A stretch of DNA of 64,000 nt from Candidatus Latescibacterota bacterium. Its GTDB lineage: Bacteria; Latescibacterota; UBA2968; UBA8231. Position numbers and translations under genes: made by a program. The stretch's first letter is position 1. Each line of letters opens with the position of its first letter. Location of the stretch: contig CBDCXV010000010.1 of the NCBI GenBank assembly GCA_965223905.1, positions 128,001-192,000 on the forward strand, written 5' to 3'. Shown here one piece after another: positions 19,597 to 29,571 of the stretch. The notes under the pieces were generated by a model. That model did not search any database, was not told where the DNA came from, and worked only from the letters and a program-made list of their open reading frames with translations.

Positions 19597-22500
19597 ATGC
19601 TGATCCGGCGACCGGGCATTCCGTGCCTCGTTTCCCTGTTCTTGCTCTTCCTGCCCGGCCGCTCCGGTGAGGCCCAGTCGCAGGCGACCACCGGGGTGAT
19701 CCGCGGTTTTGTCCGGGACCCGTTCGGCAGCCCCGTAGCCGACGCCGCGGTCGCGCTCAGGGAGACCCGGACCAACTACGAGCGCACCCTCGCCTCCTCC
19801 GACCTCGGGCTGTTCACCGCGGCCTTGCTGCCCCTAGGTCGCTACGACGTGACGGTGCGGGCACCCGGTTGGAGCGAGGTGCGGCAGACCGGGGTGCAGG
19901 TGCGGGTGGGAGAAACCGTGGAGCTGACCTTCAGTCTGTTGCCGCAGATGGAGGAGGTCGTCGTCGAGGCCGCCCTGCCCGCGGTGGACATGACCCAGAG
20001 CGAGGCGGCGACGCGGCTGCCGGAAGAGGCGGTGCGCGACCTGCCCAACAACGGCCGCAACTTCCTCAACCTGACGCTGCTGACCCCGGGGGTGGCCATC
20101 GTCCAGGGCCCCGACGGGGACGAGCTCAGCATCGCCGGGCAGCGCGGCATTCACAACAACATCTCCGTGGACGGCGCCGACTTCAACAACCCCTTCTTCG
20201 GCGAGCAGCGCGGCGGCCAGCGCCCGGCGTTCACCTTCAATCTCGACGCGGTCGAGGAGATGGTGGTGGTACCCCAGGGGGCCAACGCCGAGTTCGGCCG
20301 CTCCGGCGGCGGCTTCGTCAACGTCATCACGAGGTCGGGGAGCAACGAGCTGCATGGCTCGCTGCATTTCTTCGGCAAGAACGGGGCCCTGTCGGGGAGC
20401 GCGAGGCACGACGGACTGCGGCGCGAGCCGGATTTCCACCAGGGGCAGGCAGGCTTCACCCTGGGAGGACCTCTGCTGAAAGACCGGGCGTTCTTCTTCA
20501 CCGCGTACGATCAGCAGGTCCTCAGGGACACCCGGCAGCAGGAGAGGGAGCGCATCGACGGCGCCCTGCGCGCCTTCATGGATACGCAGTTCGGCGGCGC
20601 CCTGGCCGGCGACTACGGGCCTATCGACCGCACGGACGACGCCCGCGCCTTCCTCGCCAAGATCGACTGCCGCCTCTCCGACGATCAGTACGCCACGTTC
20701 AAGTACAACTACACCTGGTCGGAGCAGGAGAACGGCACCTTCGACGTCGATTCCTGGGCGCGCAGCGCCAACGCCGTGGAGAGGGACTGGTCCCACGCCT
20801 TCAACGGCAGCCTGCTGTCGCTGCTCTCTTCGACGGCGACCAACGAGTTGCGCTTCCAGGTTTCCCGCGAGGACCGCCCGCGTCCCTACAGGGGGCCGCT
20901 CAATCCCCGCACCGGGCGGCCCTTCCCCGACACGGCCATGGACTTCCTCCACGGCTACCGCTTCGGCATGCCCTACTTCATCCCGGTCGAGTACTACGAC
21001 ACCCGCATCCAGCTGCTCGACAACATTTCCGTTGCCAGGGGCGACCACCTGCTCAAGGCCGGGGTCGAGTGGAACCGGGTCGAATCGGTGCAGACCTTCA
21101 TCGGTTTCGCCAACGGCCGCTACCTCTTCACCTCGACAGACGGCTTTCTCAACTTCGTCGAGCAGGGCAACGGCTACGTCGAGTGCTCCGACGGCAGCAC
21201 CGGCACCGCCGGGGCCTGCCCCGACGGGACGGAGATCACCGGACCGGTGCTGATCTATCTGCAGCAGGCAGGCGCCGGGGGGATGACCGTGGAAGAGGCG
21301 GGCACCCAGGGAATCCCGCAGCACGAGCTGGCCCTGTTCGTGCAGGACAGCTGGAAACCCTCGAACAGGCTGACGATCAACTATGGCCTGCGCTGGGAGG
21401 CGCAGATCCAGCCGGATGTCATCACCGATCCGGACGCGGTCTTCTTCGCCGGTTTCATCGGCAAGACCGTTGCCAATGAAACCGGCACCTACGAGTTCCC
21501 CTCCGACGGCAGGATTCCCTCGGACCTGGACATGCTCCAGCCGCGCCTCGGGGTGGCCTGGGATCTGCGCGGCGACAACAGGACCCTGCTGCGCGTCAGC
21601 GCCGGGGTGTACCACGCCCGCATCCCCGGCCTGAACCTCGCCGGCACGCGCTCGACCAACGGCTCGCGCGGCCAGTCGATTTTCCGCTCCAGCGCGTTGA
21701 CCCCGGTTCTGGGGCCGCCGCCGGCCTACGGGGAGCTGCTGCCCTCCCCCGCAGGGGATCCCTTCCGGCCCAACATCTTCGTCTTCGACCGGGATTTCGA
21801 GAACCCGCGGACCATCAGTCTGCATGCGGGTGTCGAGCGCGAGCTGCATGCGTCGGGACTGGTCGCTTCCTTCGGGTACACCTGGTCCCGGACCGACCGG
21901 CTGACGCGCTTCGTCAACCGCAACGACGCGGTCTTCGGCTCCCCCTGGTCGACCGGCCTTGGGGCCGACGTCGGCAACGGCATCGGCGATCTGACCGTGG
22001 TCGAGAGCACCGCCCGGTCCCGCTACCACGGCCTCGGTTTCGGCCTGCGGCAGATTCTGCGGGAGGACCTGAAGTTCCAGGTCAACTACACGCTGTCGTG
22101 GGACAGGTCGGACGACGACAACGAGCGCGATCCCTTCACCTTCCGCTACGTCGACGCCGCCCGGCTCGACCGCGAGTGGGGCTACTCGGACCGGGACCAG
22201 CGCCACCGCTTCAACGCCTGGGCCCTGGCCGCGTTGCCAGGCGGGTTTTTGCTCAACAACCGCCTGAGCTACTACTCGGCCCAGCCGGTCTCCGAATCCT
22301 GCGGCGACGGCAACCGGGGCTCGGGACGGCCGGCGGTCAACCCCTGGGGGGCAGCCTCCGACCGCATATGCGGCGACGGCCGCATCCTCGCGCGCAACAC
22401 CCTGCGCAAGGAGAACGAGTTCTTCTCGTGGGACCTGCGCCTGTCGCGGCCCATTCCGGTGGGCGGCGGCCGGCTGGAGGCCATCGTCGAGGTCTTCAAC

Positions 22501-22626
22501 CTGCTCAACACCGACAACTTCCGCGACCCCTCCAGCGGCGGCCTGCTGTTCAATTTCGACGGCACCGTGCAGTCGGGCCTCGGCGACCCCCGCGAGGTGC
22601 AAATCGGCTTCCGCTACGTCTATTGA
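19597..22626 (+). CDS. TonB-dependent receptor, Oar-like
   Basis: LPNNGRNFLNL, VDGADFNN, AEFGRSGGG..NVITRSGSN, QDSWK..LTINYGLRWE, PRLGVAWD, terminal PREVQIGFRYVY. Confidence 0.92.
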   Translation: MLIRRPGIPCLVSLFLLFLPGRSGEAQSQATTGVIRGFVRDPFGSPVADAAVALRETRTNYERTLASSDLGLFTAALLPLGRYDVTVRAPGWSEVRQTGVQVRVGETVELTFSLLPQMEEVVVEAALPAVDMTQSEAATRLPEEAVRDLPNNGRNFLNLTLLTPGVAIVQGPDGDELSIAGQRGIHNNISVDGADFNNPFFGEQRGGQRPAFTFNLDAVEEMVVVPQGANAEFGRSGGGFVNVITRSGSNELHGSLHFFGKNGALSGSARHDGLRREPDFHQGQAGFTLGGPLLKDRAFFFTAYDQQVLRDTRQQERERIDGALRAFMDTQFGGALAGDYGPIDRTDDARAFLAKIDCRLSDDQYATFKYNYTWSEQENGTFDVDSWARSANAVERDWSHAFNGSLLSLLSSTATNELRFQVSREDRPRPYRGPLNPRTGRPFPDTAMDFLHGYRFGMPYFIPVEYYDTRIQLLDNISVARGDHLLKAGVEWNRVESVQTFIGFANGRYLFTSTDGFLNFVEQGNGYVECSDGSTGTAGACPDGTEITGPVLIYLQQAGAGGMTVEEAGTQGIPQHELALFVQDSWKPSNRLTINYGLRWEAQIQPDVITDPDAVFFAGFIGKTVANETGTYEFPSDGRIPSDLDMLQPRLGVAWDLRGDNRTLLRVSAGVYHARIPGLNLAGTRSTNGSRGQSIFRSSALTPVLGPPPAYGELLPSPAGDPFRPNIFVFDRDFENPRTISLHAGVERELHASGLVASFGYTWSRTDRLTRFVNRNDAVFGSPWSTGLGADVGNGIGDLTVVESTARSRYHGLGFGLRQILREDLKFQVNYTLSWDRSDDDNERDPFTFRYVDAARLDREWGYSDRDQRHRFNAWALAALPGGFLLNNRLSYYSAQPVSESCGDGNRGSGRPAVNPWGAASDRICGDGRILARNTLRKENEFFSWDLRLSRPIPVGGGRLEAIVEVFNLLNTDNFRDPSSGGLLFNFDGTVQSGLGDPREVQIGFRYVY

Positions 22627-22762
22627 GCGAGCCGGGGGAAATCTCATGCTCTTTACCTCGGGTCCGACAACTGGGCTACAGATGGTGAGGCTCCCAAGGG
22701 CGGGAGTAGCCCGTAGTCCCCCTGACCAAAGGGAGTGTCTCCATCATTGTCTTCTCCTATTT

Positions 22763-22785
22763 CGTGCATTACAATGTAATGCACG
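22763..22785. promoter_or_regulatory. Perfect palindrome, probable antitoxin operator
   Basis: CGTGCATTACA-A-TGTAATGCACG, 20 nt before the DinJ-like ATG. Confidence 0.75.
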
Positions 22786-22805
22786 TCAACAAGGGAGAAC
22801 CGAAC

Positions 22806-23069
22806 ATGCCTGCCAATCAACTTGTCCAAGCCCGCATCGATGGAGCCGTGAAAGAAGAGGCAGCCGCGGTGCTGGCTGCCATGGGGCTCACCGTGTCAGA
22901 CGCAGTGCGTCTGCTGCTGACCAGAGTGGCGCGGGAAAAGGCGCTTCCTTTCGAGCCCCTGATTCCAAGCGACGCCACTATCGAGGCGATGAAAGAGGCC
23001 CGAAAAGGCGGCCTGCCCCGGTTCGACAACGTGCAGGACCTCATGGACGACCTGCGAGCGGAAGATTGA
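22806..23069 (+). CDS. RelB/DinJ-family antitoxin
   Basis: VQARIDGAVKEEAAAVLAAMGLTVSDAVRLLLTRVAREKALPF..TIEAMKEAR. Confidence 0.9.
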   Translation: MPANQLVQARIDGAVKEEAAAVLAAMGLTVSDAVRLLLTRVAREKALPFEPLIPSDATIEAMKEARKGGLPRFDNVQDLMDDLRAED

Positions 23070-23190
23070 GCGCACCGCCCAGTTCAAACGCGATTTACTC
23101 CTCGACAATCCGACCTGCTCACTCAACCCTGCACTCGGCCCACAGCCTCTCGGCGGGAGGACGCTGGAAGACGTTGGCACGTTCTCCTGA
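23056..23190 (+). pseudogene. YafQ-like toxin remnant (no start codon, truncated)
   Basis: Overlapping frame reads (E)RKIERTAQFKRD, a YafQ-type N-terminus, with GAG where ATG is expected; unrelated sequence then stop at 23190. Confidence 0.65.
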
Positions 23191-23205
23191 CCGCATAGAA
23201 AGAGC

Positions 23206-23454
23206 ATGAAAAACCCCGACCTGTTGTCGCGCATAACCGCCCGTCCAGATGTCTTTGGTGGTAAACCTATCGTTCGCGACATGCGAATTTCGGTGGAACT
23301 CGTCCTGAGCCTGTTGACACAGGGCGTTACACCAGAGGCTATTTTGGAGGATTACCCCGAACTGGAACCGGACGACATTCGTGCGTGTACCGCCTACGCG
23401 CACGCGGTAATCTCCAGAGATACACTATCCGCCATATCGGTAGCGGAGGCGTGA
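23206..23454 (+). CDS. DUF433 protein (VapB45-like antitoxin)
   Basis: RITARPDVFGGKPIVRDMRISV..ILEDYPELEPDDIRAC. Confidence 0.9.
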   Translation: MKNPDLLSRITARPDVFGGKPIVRDMRISVELVLSLLTQGVTPEAILEDYPELEPDDIRACTAYAHAVISRDTLSAISVAEA

Positions 23455-23807
23455 GATTTCTTGTCGATCGCTGTGCCGGCCGCCGCCTGGCCGAATGGCT
23501 GCGCGACCAAGGGCATGACGTCGTCGAGTCCCGTGAGCTTGGGGCCGATCCTGGAGATTTGGCGCTGATCAAACGCGCCGCTGACGAAGGCAGAATCCTG
23601 GTGACGATCGATACCGATTTTGGAGAGCTTGTCTACGTAGGGAATGCTCCCCATGCGGGGTTGGTGCGCCTTCCAGATGTGCCGGTGGAGGGGCGCATTT
23701 CCTTGATGGCCGAAGTGCTTGACCGGCATCGGCATGCCTTGGAAATACAAGCCGTTGTCACAATTCGCGGCGAGCGGATCCGCATCTCCCAGCCTCCTCC
23801 GCCATAG
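23451..23807 (+). CDS. DUF5615 PIN-like protein (VapC45-like toxin)
   Basis: GTG start overlapping DUF433 stop; MRFLVDRC..LRDQGHDV..RILVTIDTDFGEL. Confidence 0.88.
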   Translation: MRFLVDRCAGRRLAEWLRDQGHDVVESRELGADPGDLALIKRAADEGRILVTIDTDFGELVYVGNAPHAGLVRLPDVPVEGRISLMAEVLDRHRHALEIQAVVTIRGERIRISQPPPP

Positions 23808-23910
23808 ATGGTTTTCAAATCCCGTATCGATCCGCGTCGAGTGCCATCAACCTGTTAGAACACGGCCACGGTTCAGAACGGCCGCGATCCTTCGCGCATT
23901 GCAGGTACGG

Positions 23911-25146
23911 ATGGAACGGCTGATCAGCCTGTTCGGACTCCTTGTGATGATCGCCCTGGTCTTCGCCCTGAGCGCCGACCGGCGCAAGGTAGACCCGCGG
24001 CTCGTCGCCGCCGGCGTGGGCCTGCAGTTCCTCCTCGCCCTGCTCGTCCTCAGGACCGGGCCGGGACAGGCGCTGTTCGCGTATGCCGGGGCCTTCTTCA
24101 CCACCCTGCTCAACTACGTCGACGCCGGCTCGAGCTTCGTCTTCGGCGAGCAGTTCGGCGAGCATTTCTTCGCCTTCAAGGTCCTGCCGACCATCATCTT
24201 CTTCTCCGCCCTGATGGGGGTGCTCTACCACCTCGGCCTGGTGCAGCCGGTGGTGGCGGCCTTCGCCTGGGTCATGCGGCGCACCCTGGGCACCTCCGGG
24301 GCGGAAAGCCTCGCCGCCGCGGCAAACATCTTCGTCGGCCAGACCGAGGCACCGCTGGTGGTGCGCCCGTACGTGGCCGGGATGACCCGGTCGGAGCTGA
24401 TGGCCCTGATGGTCGGCGGTTTCGCCACAATCGCAGGAGCCGTGCTCGCCGCCTTCGTCGGCCTGGGCATCGACGCCGGCCACCTGCTGGCCGCCTCGGT
24501 GATCTCCGCCCCTGCGGCGCTGATGGCCGCCAAGGTGATGCAGCCGGAAGTGGAGACCCCCACGACCCTGGGGCAGGTGTCCCTCAGGGTGGAGCGCACC
24601 GCCGGCAACGTCATCGAAGCCGCGGCCAACGGCACCCTCGACGGCTTGCGCCTGGCCCTGAACGTCGGCGCCATGCTTATCGCCGCCCTGGGACTGATCG
24701 CCCTGCTCGACGGGGTGATAGGGCTGTTGGGCCGGGGCGTGGGCTATCTCCTTGGCACGGAAGCGCTGCCGTGGTCCCTGTCCGCGGGGCTGGGTTACTT
24801 TTTCGCGCCCTTCGCCTGGTTGATGGGGATCGAGGCCGGCGACTGTCTTCATGCCGGCGAGCTGCTGGGCAAGAAGATGGTGATCAACGAATTCGTCTCC
24901 TACGTCCAGCTGAGCCAGTGGATGCAGCCCGGCTCCGGCGTGGAGCTGAGCCCTCGCTCCGTCGTCATTCTCACCTATGCACTGTGCGGTTTCGCCAACT
25001 TCAGCAGCATCGGCATCCAGATCGGCGGCATCGGGGGCATCGCCCCGGAGCGGCGCGGCGACCTTGCCCGCCTGGGTTTTCGCGCCATGCTCGGCGGCAC
25101 CCTGGCCTGCTTCATGACCGCCTGCGTGGCCGGGGTCCTGCTGTAG
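23911..25146 (+). CDS. Concentrative nucleoside transporter, NupC/CNT family
   Basis: FAFKVLPTIIFFSAL, AANIFVGQTEAPL, GGFATIAG, NEFVSY, YALCGFANFSSIGIQIGG. Confidence 0.95.
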   Translation: MERLISLFGLLVMIALVFALSADRRKVDPRLVAAGVGLQFLLALLVLRTGPGQALFAYAGAFFTTLLNYVDAGSSFVFGEQFGEHFFAFKVLPTIIFFSALMGVLYHLGLVQPVVAAFAWVMRRTLGTSGAESLAAAANIFVGQTEAPLVVRPYVAGMTRSELMALMVGGFATIAGAVLAAFVGLGIDAGHLLAASVISAPAALMAAKVMQPEVETPTTLGQVSLRVERTAGNVIEAAANGTLDGLRLALNVGAMLIAALGLIALLDGVIGLLGRGVGYLLGTEALPWSLSAGLGYFFAPFAWLMGIEAGDCLHAGELLGKKMVINEFVSYVQLSQWMQPGSGVELSPRSVVILTYALCGFANFSSIGIQIGGIGGIAPERRGDLARLGFRAMLGGTLACFMTACVAGVLL

Positions 25147-25337
25147 GTGGAAGGCAGCGCGCCCATCCGGGGTGCGGCAATAAATCCGGCAAGGCAACGG
25201 GCGGCTTCCGCGGATGGGGACCGGCCTTCCGGGGTTCGTCCAGGGCCGAGGACTTTCTTTGTAAATTGGTAGGGTGCTGCACCGGGGATCCGCCCCAGGC
25301 ATCCAAGACGAATGAGCAGCCCTCGAGGAAATACCGC

Positions 25338-26462
25338 ATGAACGCCCCCGGCCAGGACCAGCGGATTCAGACCATCTGTCTGCTCCTTCTCACCGTAGTC
25401 GCCGTGGCGGCAGCGCTCTTCTGGCTGCGCTCGGTCATGGTTCCCTTCGTGTTCGCCGTTCTCATCGCTTTCGGCCTGTCTCCCCTGATCAATCTTCAAG
25501 AAAAGCATCTCCGCTTCCCGCGAATCCTGGCCATTCTCGCCACTCTGGCCGCGGGGTTCTTGATCCTGGGTCTGATCGGCGTGCTGATCTCGACGTCGGT
25601 CGGGCAACTGGCGGCGCGGGCCGACGACTATCTGCAGCGGCTCGTGCAGCTTCTCGACGTCGCCGTGGCGGCGATGCCCGGGCACTTCGAGGACGAGGCG
25701 AGGCGCGCCGTCGATTCGCTGTCCGACATTTCCCTGTCGACGGCAGGAACCATTCTCGTCACCGTGACCAACGAGCTTCTCAGCCTGCTCTCGAGCGGCC
25801 TGCTGGTGATGATCTTCGTCGGCTTCATGCTCGCCGGAGGCTCGGAGCTCGAGCTGACGCGGGACCGGTTCTGGAACGAAGTGCAGTCCCGCATTCAGCG
25901 CTACATCATCGTCAAGTCGCTCGTTTCCGCCCTGACCGGGACGCTGGTCGGAATCATCCTGGCGCTGCTTGGAATCGATCTCGCCCTCGTCTTCGGCGTA
26001 TTCGCCTTCCTGCTGAACTTCATTCCGAGCGTCGGATCGGTCATCGCCACCCTCCTGCCTCTTCCGGTCCTGATCGTCAGCCCGGACCTCTCCCTGACTA
26101 CCTGCGTGCTCGCCATCCTGTTGCCGGCGACGGTGCAGTTCATCGTCGGCAACATCGTCGATCCGAAGCTGATGGGAAAAACCCTCGACCTGCATCCCGT
26201 CGCCCTGCTGCTGGCCCTGATCGTCTGGGGGACGATCTGGGGAGTGATCGGGATGCTTCTCGCCACCCCGATAACCGCCATCCTCAAGATCATTTTCGAG
26301 CGCATGGAGATCACCGCCCCGCTTGCGGAGATGCTTGCGGGACGCCTTAGCGGCGAGAATGGGGACGACCCTCGGCCCGAGGAAGAAGAAGCCGGCATCG
26401 AGGAAGACGAAGAGCCCGGGAGCCAGCCGGATGAGCCTGCTGACACAGACGTGAGGCGCTGA
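25338..26462 (+). CDS. AI-2E family transporter
   Basis: Hydrophobic; FLLNFIPSVGS, QFIVGNIVDPKLMG, WGTIWGVIGMLLATP. Confidence 0.9.
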   Translation: MNAPGQDQRIQTICLLLLTVVAVAAALFWLRSVMVPFVFAVLIAFGLSPLINLQEKHLRFPRILAILATLAAGFLILGLIGVLISTSVGQLAARADDYLQRLVQLLDVAVAAMPGHFEDEARRAVDSLSDISLSTAGTILVTVTNELLSLLSSGLLVMIFVGFMLAGGSELELTRDRFWNEVQSRIQRYIIVKSLVSALTGTLVGIILALLGIDLALVFGVFAFLLNFIPSVGSVIATLLPLPVLIVSPDLSLTTCVLAILLPATVQFIVGNIVDPKLMGKTLDLHPVALLLALIVWGTIWGVIGMLLATPITAILKIIFERMEITAPLAEMLAGRLSGENGDDPRPEEEEAGIEEDEEPGSQPDEPADTDVRR

Positions 26463-26480
26463 AGCGCCGGAACCCGGTTC

Positions 26481-27497
26481 CTACCCGGCCCGGGGGGCGA
26501 CCCCCTCCGGCAGCAGCCCCTCCTCCACGAGGTCCTCCCACAGGGCCGGCGGAATCTCTTCCTGCATCAGGCGCGCGTTCTCCTCCAGCTCGGCCACCGA
26601 GGCCGCGCCGGGCACCGCCGAGATCACCGCCTCGTGCCCGAAGGGGAACTGCAGGGCCGCGGCCCTCAGGTCTACGCGGTGGCGGTCGCAGACCGCCTTG
26701 AGCTCCCGGGCGCGTTGCACCAGGTGCCGGGGTGCGGGCTGGTAGTCGAAGGAGACAGGCCTGCCGAGGTCCCCGGCGAGGATGCCGCTGTTGTACGGTC
26801 CGCCGATGACCAGCTTCACGCCGCGCTCCAGGCACAGCGGCAGGAGCTCCGGCAGGGCGGTCTGGTCGAGCAGGGTGTAGCGCCCGGCCAGGAGGATGCA
26901 GTCGAGGTCGAAGCGCGCCACCATCCGCGCCGTCCGTTCCCACTCGTTCATCCCCATGCCGATCGCCCTGACCGCCCCGCCTGCCCGCAACTCTACCGCG
27001 GCCTCCAGCGCCTCGACAAAGACCTCGTTGCCGTGCTGCCCCATGAAGTCGCTGTCGTGGACGAAGAAGATGTCGACCGCGGCCAGCCCCAGCCGTTCCA
27101 GGCTGGAATCGAGGGATGCCCGCAGCCCCTCGGCGCTGAAGTCGAAGGCGCAGGTATAGCGCGGTATCCCCTCCTCGGTCCAGGGCTCCGGGTTTTCGGG
27201 GTCTGGCTGCAGCGTCCGCGAGCCCTTGGTCGAGATGGCGAACGACTCCCGCGGAAACTCCCCAAGCACCCGCCCGTAGCGCACCTCGCTGCGCCCCTCG
27301 CCGTACAGCGGCGCCGTGTCGAAATAGCGCACCCCCATCTCATGGGCGCGCCGGATGATGGCCAGTGCTTCCGCGTAGCCGCAGCCCCGGTAAATCCCGT
27401 CCGCCAGGACCATGCCCCCCAACGGCGCGCCCCCGAGGCCCAGGCGCGTCACCGTCACTCCCGTGCCGCCGATTTCCACCTTTTCGAAAGGGTTCAT
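26481..27497 (-). CDS. Aldo/keto reductase (D-threo-aldose/L-fucose dehydrogenase-like)
   Basis: LGLGGAPLG, YFDTAPLYGEGRSE, SLERLGL..FVHD, LLAGRYTLLDQ, GGPYNSGILA. Confidence 0.88.
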   Translation of the reverse strand: MNPFEKVEIGGTGVTVTRLGLGGAPLGGMVLADGIYRGCGYAEALAIIRRAHEMGVRYFDTAPLYGEGRSEVRYGRVLGEFPRESFAISTKGSRTLQPDPENPEPWTEEGIPRYTCAFDFSAEGLRASLDSSLERLGLAAVDIFFVHDSDFMGQHGNEVFVEALEAAVELRAGGAVRAIGMGMNEWERTARMVARFDLDCILLAGRYTLLDQTALPELLPLCLERGVKLVIGGPYNSGILAGDLGRPVSFDYQPAPRHLVQRARELKAVCDRHRVDLRAAALQFPFGHEAVISAVPGAASVAELEENARLMQEEIPPALWEDLVEEGLLPEGVAPRAG

Positions 27498-27501
27498 GCT
27501 C

Positions 27502-28398
27502 TCACTCCAGTCCGTAAAGCCGTTCGGCATTGCCGGTGAACAGCCCGGCCTGATCTTCCCGCGGCCGTGCCCGGACGATATCCCTCAGGGCCGCGGTCCA
27601 GGCGCCGAGGCTCGCCCCGAGGTTGCAGACCGGCCAGTCGCCCCCGAACACCACCCGCTCCGGCCCGAAGCTGTCCAGGCAGTGGTCGACGGTCGGCGCA
27701 AGGGTCCCGGCGCTCCATCCCGCCGGGGCGCGGGCGACGATACCGGAAATCTTGCAGACGACGTGCTCCCGTTCCCCCAGCGCCGCGATATCGCTCAGCC
27801 ACTGCTCCCTGGTGTGGCTGAAGGGGTTGTCCGGATCGTACCCGGCGGCGCCGTTGACGACGTTCGGGTCGGCGTTGCCGCAGTGGTCGAGGATGAAGCG
27901 GGTGTCCGGGCACTGGTCCACCAGCCCGACTGCGTCCCCCAGCTCCCCCGGCCGCAGGCAGAGGTCGAAGCTCAGGCCGGCCTCGCCGAGATATTGGACG
28001 TCGCGGACGAATCCCCGCTGCAGGCAGCGGCCCGGCCCGGCAGACGGAACGTGCAGCACCTGCCGCACCCCCTTGATGAACTTGAACCCCTTGAACCGGT
28101 CGATGTAGTCGCGGAAACCCTCCTCCCCCGGGCTCCCCGAGATCACCGCCCCCGAAACCGGATTGCCGCCCTCCGAACACAGAGAGATGGCGAACTCCGC
28201 CTCTTCGGCGCGCCGGGCAGGGTCGAGGTCGACCTCCATGTAGACGGTCCGGTCGATTCCGGTCCCCGCGGCCGCGGCGAGATAGTCGCTGACGAGGTGA
28301 TTACCGCGCAGCGGCCCGGTCCCCTCCCCGTCGAGCCAGGGCAGGGAAAACCGCTTCAGGTCCCACAGGTGCTGATGCGTATCGACGATCGGAAACAT
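27502..28398 (-). CDS. Amidohydrolase family (sugar lactonase-like)
   Basis: IVDTHQHLWD, GLSFDL, ILDHCG, CKISG, FGPERVVFGGDWPV. Confidence 0.88.
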   Translation of the reverse strand: MFPIVDTHQHLWDLKRFSLPWLDGEGTGPLRGNHLVSDYLAAAAGTGIDRTVYMEVDLDPARRAEEAEFAISLCSEGGNPVSGAVISGSPGEEGFRDYIDRFKGFKFIKGVRQVLHVPSAGPGRCLQRGFVRDVQYLGEAGLSFDLCLRPGELGDAVGLVDQCPDTRFILDHCGNADPNVVNGAAGYDPDNPFSHTREQWLSDIAALGEREHVVCKISGIVARAPAGWSAGTLAPTVDHCLDSFGPERVVFGGDWPVCNLGASLGAWTAALRDIVRARPREDQAGLFTGNAERLYGLE

Positions 28399-28558
28399 TC
28401 ATCCCTCCAGGTTTCGATTTCCCGAAGGTACTGTACCGACCTGATCTCGACCCGGCGCTCTCCAGGGGCGTGACCGGGGCCGTGCGTCCGGCGACTCGGT
28501 TGCCGACCCGGGAGCCGTCACGCCTTGGTGGGACAAGACCTCGGTATCTCAACTTTCC

Positions 28559-28582
28559 ATATGCGCCGTATGGGGCGCATAT
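28559..28582. promoter_or_regulatory. Inverted repeat in a divergent intergenic region
   Basis: ATATGCGCC-N6-GGCGCATAT between the amidohydrolase and rsbW-like genes. Confidence 0.4.
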
Positions 28583-28652
28583 AGTATCTTTCGTAAGCTG
28601 AACCGGTTGATCGCCCGGCGAGTCGGCATCCTGGTCCTGGAGGAGCGGCGAA

Positions 28653-29096
28653 GTGGAGGAAACTCTTGAGTTGGAGGTCAGGCTCGATCCCGAAGAGCCC
28701 AGGCGCGTAGCCGAGCAGTTCGAACGCTTCGGAGCCGAGCATGGGCTGCCGGACAGAACGATTTTCGGATTCCAGCTGGCACTGGACGAGATCCTGACCA
28801 ACGTGATCTCCTACGGATTCGAGGAGTGGGCTCACGATCCGGTCATCACGGTGAGTTTTGACCTCAACGACACCCGGCTCGAGGTCGTCGTCCAGGACAA
28901 CGGCCGGCCCTTCGACCCGCTCCAGGACGCCGACGAGCCCGATTTGACCCTTCCCGCCTCTGGCCGCCCTGTCGGCGGCCTCGGCATCCATCTCACCAAG
29001 GCATTCGTTCACACGCTTTCGTACGAGCGGGTGGACGAGTACAACCGACTGAACCTGGTGCAGCCCACCGAGGCGCACCCGGAGGACAATGCATGA
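28653..29096 (+). CDS. Anti-sigma factor / serine kinase (RsbW-like)
   Basis: LALDEILTNVISYG, QDNGRPFDP, GGLGIHL. Confidence 0.9.
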   Translation: MEETLELEVRLDPEEPRRVAEQFERFGAEHGLPDRTIFGFQLALDEILTNVISYGFEEWAHDPVITVSFDLNDTRLEVVVQDNGRPFDPLQDADEPDLTLPASGRPVGGLGIHLTKAFVHTLSYERVDEYNRLNLVQPTEAHPEDNA

Positions 29097-29428
29097 ACGT
29101 CGAGACCAGCCATACCGGAAGCACCGCAGTCGCGGCCGTTAGCGGCCGCGTTGATTCCGCCAACGCAAAAAGCTTCGAAGAGGAACTGAGCTCCATCATC
29201 GACCAGGGGGCCACCGGCCTCGTGGTCGACTGCGGCGAGCTCAACTACATCAGCAGCGCCGGGCTGCGGGTTTTCCTGATCGCCATCAGGAAGACCAGCG
29301 CCGCCGGGGGAGGCCTGGCCCTGTGCCGCGTTCCCGCACACATCCAGGAGGTGCTGGAGATCAGCGGTTTCTCGCGCCTGACGAAGATCTTCCCCACGGT
29401 GGAGGAAGCCCGGGACAGCTTCGGATAG
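29093..29428 (+). CDS. STAS anti-sigma factor antagonist (RsbV-like)
   Basis: GRVDS..VDCGELNYISSAGLRV..EVLEISGF. Confidence 0.92.
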   Translation: MNVETSHTGSTAVAAVSGRVDSANAKSFEEELSSIIDQGATGLVVDCGELNYISSAGLRVFLIAIRKTSAAGGGLALCRVPAHIQEVLEISGFSRLTKIFPTVEEARDSFG

Positions 29429-29571
29429 CCTCCGGTAATGAAGTGCCGCGCACCGGCATTCCCGCGGTTGCGGGCTCCCCGCCGGCCCATCATGCGACCC
29501 GGTGCAGCCACCCGGGCGCCTTACGCCGCCGCCATCGAAGGGCACTCCGTACCCCTGCCTGAGGAGGACGC

